From Moniliella sp. 'wahieum' (lineage: Eukaryota), in assembly GCA_003971905.1 (NCBI GenBank), contig RSEE01000009.1:310001-374000 (forward strand): 64,000 nt of DNA. The letters are read 5' to 3'. The number at the start of each line of letters is the position of its first letter. Position 1 is the first letter of the stretch. Positions 14,574 to 25,683 of this stretch are shown piece after piece. Position numbers and translations under genes: made by a program. The notes under the pieces were generated by a model. It worked only from the letters and a program-made list of their open reading frames with translations. It was not told the origin of the DNA and made no database searches.

Positions 14574-16949
14574 ATGGCCCCCGCTGCCCTCAACGACCCG
14601 TCCTTGACGACGACATCGACATCAGCGACATCGACTACTCCAGCATTGAAGAGCGCTATGCCGTGGATGAGCACGCCGGCCTGGACGACGTGATCGTCAT
14701 CTCTGGCCTCCCCGTCGTCGGCCCCTCCAAGCAAGATCGTCTGTTTGGCGCATTGTGAAGCGCTTCAAGGCCTTCAAGCTCGACCTTGACCCCGCCAAGT
14801 TCGACATGCCCTTTGAGGAGGGTGGCGCAGAGCCCAAGTCCAAGGGGTACGTCTCCCCCCCCTCCGTGGCCCTCAACAGGGGCTGGTGCTAACGCAGTTT
14901 CCTTTGCAGTTGGGTCTTTGTTGAGACAGAGAACGAGCAGGCGGCCTCGGCCGCCATCCGTCTCATGGATGGCGTCATGTTCGACAAGCGCTACCAGATG
15001 CACGTCAACCGCTTCACTGACATTGAGAAGCTCGCCGCCCTGTCGGATGAGTACGTGGAGCCCAAGGTGGATGAGTTCCAGCCCCGGGAGCATGCCCGCT
15101 GGTGGCTCTCCGACCCACAGACTCGCGACCAGCTGGTCATGATGAAGGACGATGTTGTCACTCTCATGTGGCACAACCGCACTGGCAACCCACTGAAATC
15201 GAGCAGCGCAAGCGCTGGACGATCGTACCTCCAATGGAGTCCCAGGGCACCTACCTCGCCACGTTCCGCTTCAGGGTGTTGCTCTGTTCTCAGGTCCCAA
15301 CTTTAGCTTCAAGCGTTTCGCTCATCCCGGTGTGTCCCTTGTCGACTTCAGCCCAGACGAGAAGTACATGGTTACTTGGTCGCCGCAGCCGATCCACGTG
15401 CCCGAGGGCATGCTCCAGGGCCCGGAGTACTTTGCTCCTCGGGACGAGGGCAACCGTGTGGCGGTATGGGACGTATCGACTGGTCACTTGCTCTCGACGT
15501 TCCCTGTGGAGAAGGAGGACCTGCCGGCGAGTGCCAAGGCAAATGGAACAGTCCTGAACATGCCTTGGCCCTTCCTCAAGTGGAGCGGAGACAGCAAGTA
15601 CTGCGCGCGTATCCAACCTGGCAAGCGTATCACTGTGTACGAACTGCCCACCATGCAGCGCCTTGACAAGAAGAGCATCGACATTGAGGGTGTTGTCGAC
15701 TTGAGTGGTGCCCGCTCGGGGACAAAGACAAGGACCAGATTGACACCTGGAACGAGGCCCAGCGGGTACGCGAGGCCGAGGCCGAGTACAAGGCCCGTGG
15801 GGAGAAGTACCCTGATGAGAAGGCGTTGCAGCGCGCTAAGACGGCCAAGAAGCCTCGCGACAACATGCTGGTCTACTGGGTGCCTGAGGTGGACAACCAA
15901 CCTGCTCGTGTGGCCGTCATGTCGATTCCCGACCGCCAGATTGTGCGGACGAAGAACCTGTTCAATGTTTCGGACTGCAAGCTGCACTGGCACCCGCAGG
16001 GCGACTACCTGTGCGTCAAGGTCGACCGGCACACGAAGACCAAGAAGAGCATCTTTACCAACCTCGAGCTGTTCAAGACCCGCGAGAAGAACTTCCTGTG
16101 GACACGCTTGAGCTCAAGGAACCCGTCACGGCCTTTGCTTGGGAACCGATGGGCAGTCACTTTGCTGCCATTACCACCAACAACCCTGCCCAGGGTGCCG
16201 CGTCGACGGCAGCGGTCCGTTCGCAGATCACGCTCTTCTACCTTGACCAGAAGAAGGGTGACTTCAAGCTTCTCAAGGTCCTAGACAACACGACGGCCAA
16301 CACGCTGTTCTGGTCGCCCAAGGGCCGCCATTTGGTCGCGGCCACGATGGGCAACGCGTCCAAGTCGGACTTGCAGTGGTACGATGTCGACTTCGGTCTG
16401 GAGACGCGCCAAGGCCAACCGGCCAACGACCCTGCTGAGGAAGTTCGCAAGATTGGCGAGGGAGAGCACGTGGGCATGACCGATTTGGAGTGGGACCCGT
16501 CGGGTCGGTACGTGGTTACCTCGGGTTCGGTTTGGCGGCAGCCGGTGGAGCATGGGTACGCCATTTGGGACTGGAAAGGCAAGCAACTGCAGCAGCACCA
16601 CCTCGACCGGTTCAAGCAAATTCTCTGGCGGCCGCGTCCCGTTTGCAGCTCAGCAAGGAGGAGCAGAAGGAGGTCCGTCGCAACTTGCGCGACCTGGGCA
16701 AGCATTCGACGAGGAGGATGCGGCAGAGGAGTCGAACGCTGCGCTGCGCAACAAGGAATTGTACGAGCGCAAGCTGCGCGAGTGGCATGCGTGGCGCCAG
16801 GGCAACCTGTCCTACCTCAACGCGGAGCGCGAGAAGCGTGGCCTTGGTGCCTTTGTTCCGTCCAGGTTGTGCTCGAGCAGGAGCAGATGGAGGATCTGCA
16901 GGAGTGGATGGAGGAGGTCGTCTCCGAGACGGTCGAGCCGGTCGAGTAA
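14574..16949 (+). CDS. PRT1: Translation initiation factor eIF3 subunit b
   Basis: [23 protein letters not shown] (RRM), [89 protein letters not shown]. Intron at about 14847-14910. Confidence 0.96.
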
Positions 16950-17399
16950 GGAGGATACCGCACCAGTGCCTTGGCCCATGTTGCTACCGGTATCAAAACG
17001 CTTGCTGAATGCACGCCAGAGCTTACATCTGAGTCGGTTGAGTCTGTCAGTGAAAGTGTAGAGGATCGTATATAGGGAACTGTTTGGATCTATCCGTGGG
17101 AATCGCAGAGAGAGAAGAGAGGCGAAAGAAGGAAAATTGGATTTCGTCAATGCCTGGCACTTCACCGTGAAATTCGCAGGCTATAGCGCAAAAGTATGAG
17201 AAGCTTGGCGAAGGACACAATGACTTAAAAAAAGAAAGTGGATCGAAGCACGGGGGACAGACGGCAATGGTCAAGGCAGTAGTCACGTAAAAAGATAGGG
17301 AAATGATGATGTCTCGACGACGATTGGGCAAAGGGACCGGGGAGGCAGAGGGGGGAGACAAGAAAAGAAGCGAATGGCAGCAAAGAATCGTAAATGAGT

Positions 17400-20300
17400 T
17401 TACCACTGCGCACCAAACGCGCCCAAAAAGCTGCCCCAGCCTCACCGCCCACACCCCAACCGGCGGCGCCCGAGACGCTAGCAGACCCGTTAGCACCAAT
17501 GGCATCCTCGACGCTGGCTGCGTACTTCGCAGCCTCAAGGTCGCCCTTCAACCCGGCCTCAAGGTTCGCGCCCCAGTTGACAGCACCGGAAAGGCTTGCC
17601 GAGGCCTTGGAAGCAGCGGCAGCGGCAATGCTGACTGCCTGTTGCGCCGGTGGCAACGCCACCGTCGACGTCAGCGCCGACACTGGCAGCGGCAGAGAGC
17701 ACCAGCGGATGCCTTGGCAGCAATGGCAGCCTCGACGCTCGCCGCATACTTCTTGGCAGCCTCAAGGTCGCCCTTCAGGCCAGCCTTCAGTTCAGCGCCC
17801 CACTTGACTTCACCAGACAGTTCAGCGGAGGCCTTGGCAGCGGCGGCCGTGGCAATGCTGACAGCCTGTTGCGCAACAGTAGCAACGCCACCCTTGATGC
17901 CCGCACCAATGGCAGCCTCAATGCTCGCCGCGTACTTCTTGGCAGCCGACAGGTCGCCCTTCAACCCAGCTCCAGGTCCGCGCTCCACTTGACAGCACCG
18001 GAAAGATGAGCCGAGGCCTGGGCAGCAGCGACCGTAACAATGCTGACCGCCTGTTGCGCAGTCGCAGCAGCACCACCCTCGATGGCAGCGCCGACCAGCA
18101 GCCACCGAGACGCCAGCCGATGCCTTGGCAGCAATGGCAGCCTCAACACTCGCCGCGTACTTCTTGGCAGCAGACAGGTCGCCCTTCAGGCCAGCCTCCA
18201 GTTCAGCGGACCATTGGACAGCACCGGACAGATAGACCGAGGCTTGGCAGCGGCGGCAGCGGCAATGCTGACGGCCTGTTGCGCAGCGGTAGCAACGCCC
18301 CCTGGACCTGGGCGGCGGCCGAGACGCTAGCGGATACGTTGGCAGCGATGGCAGCCTCAATGCTCGCGGCATAGTTCTTGGCAGCCGAAAGGTCGCCCTT
18401 CAGGCCAGCCACCAGTTCAGCAGACCATTGAACGGCACCGGAAAGATGAGCCGAGGCCTGGGCAGCAGCGATCGTAACAATGCTGACGGCCTGTTGCGCA
18501 GTCGCCGCAACACCACCCTCGATGCCAGCACCAATGCTAGCGCCGACACCAGCAGCCACCGAGACGCCAGCCGATGCCTTGGCAGCAATGGCAGCCTCAA
18601 TGCTCGCCGCATACTTCTTGGCAGCTGACAGGTCGCCCTTCAGGCCAGCCTCCAGTTCAGCGGACCATTGGACAGCACCGGACAGATAGACCGAGGCTTT
18701 GGCAGCGGCGGCAGCGGTAATGCTGACGGCTTGTTGCGCAGCGGTAGCAACGGCACCCTCGACATGGGCGGCAGCCGAGACGCTAGCGGATACCTTGGTG
18801 GCAATGGCAGCCTCAATGCTCGCCGCATACTTCTTCGCGGCCGAAAGGTCGCCCTTAAACCCAGCCTCGAGATCGGCGCTCCACTGGATGGTACCGGAAA
18901 GGTGGGCCGAGCCTGGGCAGCAGCAGCAGCAGCAATGCTGACAGCCTGTTGCGCAGCCGTGGCAGCGCCAGCCTGGAAACTGGCAGCAGCCGAGACGGCA
19001 GCCGATCCCTTGGCAGCAATGGCAGCCTCAATGCTCGCCTCGTACTTCTTGGCAGCCGAAAGGTCGCCCTTCAACCCAGCCTCCAGGTCCGCGCCCCACT
19101 GGATGGCACCGGAAAGATAGGCCGAGGCCTTGGCAGCAGCACCGGCGGCAATGCTGACGGCCTGTTGCGCAGCCGTGGCAGCGCCACCCTCAATGCCAGC
19201 ACCGATGCCGGCACCAATGCCGGCGCCAACACTAGCCCCGCCCGAGAGACCAGCCGACGCCTTGGCGGCTTGCGAAGCAGCGACGCTAAGCGCTTGGTGG
19301 CCACCAGCCGAGATGCCACCCTTCCAGCTGGCAGCAACGCTCGCGGCGCCAGAGACAGCGGCGGAAGCCTGAGCCGCCTCGGAGACGGCAATGCTAGCGG
19401 CATGGTGTTGACCAATCGAGAACCCGGCGGAGGCCTTGGCAGCTTCCGAAACGGCAATGCTGGCAGCGTGGTGACCCGCAGCCGAGGCGCCGGCCTGCAC
19501 CCCGGCACCGATGCTAGCAGCCCTGTGAAGCGCCTCGGACGCACTGGCAGAGAAGGCAGCACCAAAGCTAGCCGCTTCTTGAGCCGCCTGCGACGCACCG
19601 GCAGCCAACGCACCCGAGGCGGCAGCGTGGAAACCAGCGGCAATGCTGGCCGCTTCCTGCTCCGCAGCAGAGACGGCAGCGGCGATTGAGGCCTTGTAAG
19701 CCCCGCCACGGCTGGCGCCGAACTGAGCAGCAGCCGAAATGGATGCCTGGGCCGCCGCTGCGGCGCTGGCAGCGTGCTGTTCAGCAATCGAGAGGCTAGC
19801 CAGGACCGCACCGTCGCAACCCTCGGAAGCACCGACAGAGAAGCCACCGTGGGCACCTTCAGAAAAGCCGGCCGACGCCTTGGCACCTCCAGCGGCCGAG
19901 ATAGCCGCCGACTTGCCAGCCGAGAAGCCCGCCGACTTACCAGCCGAGAAGCCCGCCGAGGCACCGGCCGACTTGCCAGCCGAAATGCCTACAGACTTGC
20001 TACCGCCCAAAGCCGACCGACTTGCTACCGCCAGCGCCAAACGACGCACCAACCGATTCCGCGGCCGATGCACCAGCGGATTCACCGAGAGAAACGCTGG
20101 CATGGCCACCTGGGGCCGCGTGAGAGGAAGCCGGCTTGACGTGCTCGATAGAGGACGACAGGTGGGGCGTGAGAAGAATGGTGCGGCTTGGACGGAGAGT
20201 GGGCCGAGTGCGATTTGTGGACCTTGTGCGACTCGGAGACGAAGATGACCCTTGTGCGACGGGTGAGAAACAGGCGACGAAGCAGGGTGGCGGTGGTGGG

Positions 20301-20898
20301 AATGAGAAGAGGTGTCAGGGAGGGAGGTAGACCAGCTACGGGAAAGGCCCCAAGTAGTGGTGGTGCCAGTGCTCGTGGCAGTGCTACTCGCAGCGCTCTT
20401 GGCCGTCGAGGCGCTAGCCGCCACACTCTTCGCGGCGCTCTTGGCCGCCGAAGCGCTTGCACCCTGAAGAACGGAGACGGAGAAACCAACGTTGCCGCCG
20501 GCGTTGCCACCGCCACCAAGGACAATTCCAAACTCGCCGAACGGGTTGGTCACGATGATCGACTCGGAGAACTTGGCAGCAACTTTCCAAGAATCGGAAG
20601 CGGACGCAGCAGCAGCAGCCGTCGCACCGTTCTTGCCGATAGCAAACACCCTCGCTGCGGCTGACGTCCCATTGCTCCGAGTCGGAAAGGTCGAATCCGC
20701 CACCGATCTGCAAACCAGGCAGGTCCAAGCTTTGGCCCACTTCAAGGTGATGGCAGCCGAGGCAGCAGCGGCAGCAGCCGCATGAAAGAAGGTCACGACG
20801 AACACCGTGGTGACGACGGAGACGGGAGGCGTTGGGGTCCGCAACCACGCCCGTGGCGGCGATGGCCAGGCGAGGGTAACGAAAGGAGTGAGGTGCAT
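17400..20898 (-). CDS. Large secreted Ala/Gly/Ser-rich tandem-repeat protein (about 1150 aa), function unknown
   Basis: 752-aa ORF plus downstream frames. Hydrophobic N-terminus then RR dibasic sites (across an indel), His/Ser linker, SAGK/SAGF repeats, and 8 repeats of about 190-240 bp (AQQAVSIA..KASA.LSGA.QW.A.LEAGLKGDLSAAKKYAASIEAAIAA). Probable stop after FGAQW at 17400. Confidence 0.85.
17480..19200 (-). repeat. Eight coding tandem repeats inside the secreted Ala-rich gene
   Basis: The anchor AGGTCGCCCTT (+ strand) recurs at about 17538, 17765, 17951, 18177, 18390, 18630, 18847 and 19061. Confidence 0.92.
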
Positions 20899-22306
20899 GA
20901 GAAGAGAGTGTGTGGAAAAGAACGTGTGTAGGGGAGGTAAGGTAGGAGGTAGCCCTCTGTGCAGATACGCGGGAGGGAAGGGGGTGGAGAGATGGGGGTG
21001 GGGGGAAAGAAGAGGGAGAGGCGAAGCGACGAGAAAATGAGGGGAGGATGGGATGCTAGTGCAATATTATAGAGAGGTAAGATGATCTGGGGTCGATCGG
21101 CGGCTCACGTTGAACGATCGTTTGGCTTTGGCCCGAATGTCTGCGCGCCGGCACCCAGCGCTAGGCAATTGCAGGTAGGGCGCTGCGGCTGAGCGCAGAG
21201 CTTTAGACTCATTCAGCTCTGGCCGACTGGTGAGGCCACCGTGATTTGGCACAGTCGATCGACGGGGCGATGAAGGGAAGCGTCTGTTGTGGTGCACCCA
21301 GCGCCATATGCCTCTGCTGCGATGTGCACGCCCTGAGCCTCAGGCCTGAGGCCTCAGGCCCAGGCCTCGCGCCCCCCGGCCCTCCGGAACGCCGTGACCA
21401 GGGTTGCCTGTCCCCCAAGACCAACGGCTGGAGCTCAGCCTGAGTGCCGAGCCGATGAGTACTTAGAAACAGTAACGTGCCGCGGAGCGTAGTAAGCGCA
21501 GTAAGCACGACGCGTAGTAAGCCTGTCGGCGCACCGCAAACTAGCCACACCGGCCCAAGTGGTAATACGTACAGCGTGCTGTAATATAATGTGCTGCACT
21601 TTCAATGTGGAGCCAGCTTCTCTGGAAAGGAAAGCGAGGCGACTAGAGAAGCTAGCGACGCTGACGGAGGCAAGGGAGCACCGGGTGAGTGTGTGGTGAC
21701 AGGAGCATCGGACGGGGCAAGGGGTAGAGCGTGAGTGTGCGCCCCAGTCCCCAGTTGCACACAGTTGCACCTGGATCTGCAGCCGTCACGCGTGCGGCGG
21801 GGGACAACCAGTGGGTGGAGGTTAGGGGTGGCCGCTGGCCCGTGCCGATACCTCGGGGGATCGGTGACCGGTGGCCGGTGAAGCTGGTGAAGCACGGTGC
21901 ATGGCGGTGACGCGGTGATGCGGACATATGAGACACGATGCATGGGATCTGCGTTATGAGATGGGTGATACCGGTGGTCATCGGGAGCGCAGGGCAGTGC
22001 ACACTCTGTGCTCAATCTGGCACTCGCACGCAGCCTCAGCCTCAGCCGCTGTGGCTCGCACAGTGTACCAGTGCCAGTATGCTCAGGCAGCCAGAACAGC
22101 AGCACGCGGCCGCAGTCTTCCCATCTCCGAGTCTGGCCGGGCCGGTCGGTTGTTCCTGTAGTGTGGCTTGCACCCACTCTTCCCACTTTCGCGTGGCTTG
22201 GCAAGCGTAACCTTTCCGCGCTAGTTCCTTGCGTTTGGCGTGGAAATGTACCGATCTATACGTAATGTGGCCAATATGTTAGGCCTGTTGGCCCCGGGCC
22301 CGCATG

Positions 22307-23689
22307 TGTTGACTGTGATCTCTGGCTCCCAGTCGGTAGACCAGGTTCGCCTCGGTTCCATCGGCTTCCACGCTGACGTCCCTGCGTGTCACTGTCCTGT
22401 GCCCTGCACTCTTCCTGTGGACTCACTGCCCTGTGCCTAGTCCAGCCTCCTATATAGATGCCTCTGTACCCAGACCCAACTCTGGCTCCAATCCATCACC
22501 TTCTCCTCATCCTTCTGCCCGTCCGGCTCCCTAGGCCACAGAGCTACAATCTGATCCCCCGGAAGGGGAGCGCTCTTCAAGCAAGCCCACCCCCAAGCCT
22601 ACAAGCCCAAGCTAAGCCGCCAAGCCCACAAGACACACCGTCCTCCCGCCCAACACACCACCGCCACAATCGGCACCTTACCGCCACAATCGGCATACTA
22701 CCGCCACAATCGGCATACTACCGCCACAATCGGCACACTCGTCCCCCACAGATGGGGCAATGATTTTTAGGGACAACACACGACGGAACAAACGTGTCGG
22801 GTATCGTCAACGAGACGAAATTCCTCCAACGACAAACGGCGCAGGCGAATCGCAGAAAGCGGGGGTGGCTGCTCATCAAGTGCCCCACCCACGGCTACAC
22901 GCCCCGGATTGCCAATTCATCCGGGGCACCTGGGGAAAGGATGGGGGGGGTGGTCACCCAACTTCTTCCACTCCTCTTTTTCAACAACAAAGAGAACCCA
23001 AACAGATCAAGACGGTTGACGCATAGCGCCCGTTCATTTCCCATGCCCAATGGACCCCACTGGCACCAGGCATGCGGAACCAAACAACTACCAAACGCAT
23101 CCAATTTGATGCCAAACGACTTGGACCCGCATTTACTCCAAGTTTCCAATTTTCTTTCACTACACTATAACTGGTGCTTTTTACTTTTGCCCACCAAATC
23201 GCTTCGGGGCGCAACCCCTACTACTTTTACTTCTAAGACTTCTACAAGCATCTGGCGGTCGCACAATACACCAACCACAAGCGCTCGGCTCGTTCAGGTG
23301 TCATCCTGGACAGCGGGGGTGTAGGCCAGTCGTGTGGCCATGCACAACTCAGGCCATTCGTCCCGGTTGCCACTCAAGTCCTCCCCTCTCTACATCCACT
23401 GGCAGGAGCTCATCCCACAACCGATGTCTCCGGGTTCCCTGGCCAGCGGGGGTGTTGACTGTGATCCTCTGGCTCCCAGTCGGTAGACCAGGTTCGCCTC
23501 GGTTCCATCGGCTTCCACGCTGACGTCCTGCGTGTCACTGTCCCTGTGCCCTGCACTCTCTCCTGTGTGACTCACTGTCCCTGTGCCTAGTCCAGCCTCC
23601 TATATAGATGCCTCTGTACCCAGACCCAACTCTGGCTCCAATCCATCACCTTTCCTCATCCTTCTGCCGTCCGGCTCCCTAGGCCAACA
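22307..23689 (+). mobile_element. Complete non-autonomous miniature LTR retrotransposon (TRIM-like, family A)
   Basis: Two near-identical LTRs of about 235 bp (22307-22540 and 23453-23689; TGTTG...CAACA). 5-bp TSD GCATG at 22302-22306 and 23690-23694. G-rich tract GCGGGGG just before the 3' LTR. The internal 910 bp has no intact pol. Confidence 0.93.
22661..22740. repeat. 20-bp tandem repeat, 4 copies, inside the LTR element
   Basis: Unit CCGCCACAATCGGCATACTA at 22661, 22681, 22701 and 22721, with a variable last 5 nt. Confidence 0.95.
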
Positions 23690-25683
23690 GCATGGGCCTC
23701 GAAGCTGCCCCAACCGTGTACGGTGCTGCATTTGGATTGTTGGCGCCCAACCCAAGCCTTCTCCCTGTGCCCAGCCTACGCCCACCGAACGTCCAAACCC
23801 CCGCTCAACAATCAGTTGATTCGATCAGTGGTCCCTCCAAAGGAGCAATTCAATATTCAGTACATTCAGTACTCGGCGAGCGATCATCGATCACTGGGTC
23901 ACCACTAGTCACTGGTCACCGGCCGGTCACCACCTTCAACCTCTCAAAGGGTTCAAGCTTTTCCAACCTAATTTACACACGTCGCTTGGTAACCACGGTC
24001 GCAACCATATGCTGCCCATCCACCCGTTCTTGGAAGATCATATGGTCGATCATCAATCATCAATCATCAATCATCGACATCAATCATTAATAATCGAAAT
24101 CATCAATCATCGTGTATTCTGATCGCTGATTCATCATGGATCTTCGGTTTTTCATCAATTTCATCGCCTTTCGCCCCCCCCTCCCACACCACAGTAATGA
24201 CCCTCTCCACTGCTTCGCCCTGAGTATGACCGCGGTGACTCTGTGACTGGTGCACTTCTGAGTCGTTGAACGTTTGTTGAACGTGTTGAACGTACGTTGA
24301 GCCTTCGGGAAGCCATGATTTAACAGGTTTTGGGGTGCACGAAACGTTCTAAATATTCATCATCATGCATCGCATGTCATCGTCATCACGCACGAGTAGG
24401 ATGTGCCGACAAGAGTCACAAAATGCCGTCTAGGTAAGGATGCTATACGGATGGTACTGGCCACCTCTTGTGCTGTTCCTGTGCCGGTGATCCATTTCGC
24501 GTGGTGGTGTGAAGCTTGTGAAGGGTTCGACTGTTGACCTCTGGTCATTTATGGCCAAGGTCACTTCCGAGTGACATCATGTGTGATGCGCGTGTGATGT
24601 TTTCTGACGTGGCGTTTCCGACTCCATGATGACTTGGATTCGCCACCGCCTTAGCAATTTGATCTCCATCGACCACCATTCCCATTTGCTGCTCTTTGAG
24701 CTCTTCCTGGGCGTTAATATACACGTTCAAGCTTCAAGAGGAACAAGGAACAGTGAGATGCCGACATTTGTCACAAAGGATTCTAGGCCCTGAAAAGCTT
24801 GAAGCAGCCTGAAGCACAGAGAGGCACAGATGAAGCTTGAGATGTAGTGTCCTGATCGAGATCGACCTGAGCTTGGTCCAGGCTTGAGGGGCTGACGCTG
24901 GGTGCCCCCAGGTGGTCGGTGGCCAAAGAGCCGATAGAGAAGCTGAAAGATCGGCAGACGGAACCGAGTGCATCCCGGTGGCACTCCGAGACCTATGCCG
25001 AAAGACAGATGAATTCGATAAATGTATTGATTCCGTTGTAGAGAACTTGATTACATCCTGTGGGCCAGACGCAGGAGAAACGGGCCGGTATAGCCAGGTG
25101 TGGGTATAAGCGCTAAGCGCTAAAACCCGAGAAGCCGAAACAGTTTGGTGCAACGATGCCGAAGAGCAAACCCTGTATGACTGGACGAGCTCGATACCCC
25201 GCAGGATCTTCAAGCTTCTATTAGCTTCAATAATCTTCTAGCCTCTCAAGCTCCAAGCTTCAAGCTTCAACCTTCAAATTTCAAACTTCATAGCTTCATC
25301 GATCATCCAGTGCCACGACGATTATGCTTTGAGATCGACAACGCTCGACAGCCTGAGCTTTCACCTTTTGCGCAGTGACATTGACAGTGACTAGTGTGAG
25401 GAGTACTAGTGGTAAGGGTCGGGCGATACACGTGAGAGCCAAGTGCCAAGCACCAAGGAAAGCAAAGGATACACTGTTGGTAGCCGGCAGAGAGAAGGAG
25501 ACAGGATCGGCGAAGTGACAATATTTGCCCGGTGATTAGCTGCGAGGGCCATGCCAGAGGCTCACTAACTTAAGCACCTGTGAGTCGCTGAGCGTTGAAC
25601 CTCAGCTCAGCGCGCTGATTAATGATTCTTGCTCGGATCATTCGGTCCCGCAAACCACCGGGCCATCCAATCTGTCATAGATC

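Noticed and set aside
22661..22740. 20-bp direct repeats resembling a CRISPR array
   Set aside because: No unique spacers, eukaryotic context, no cas genes. It is a minisatellite inside an LTR element.
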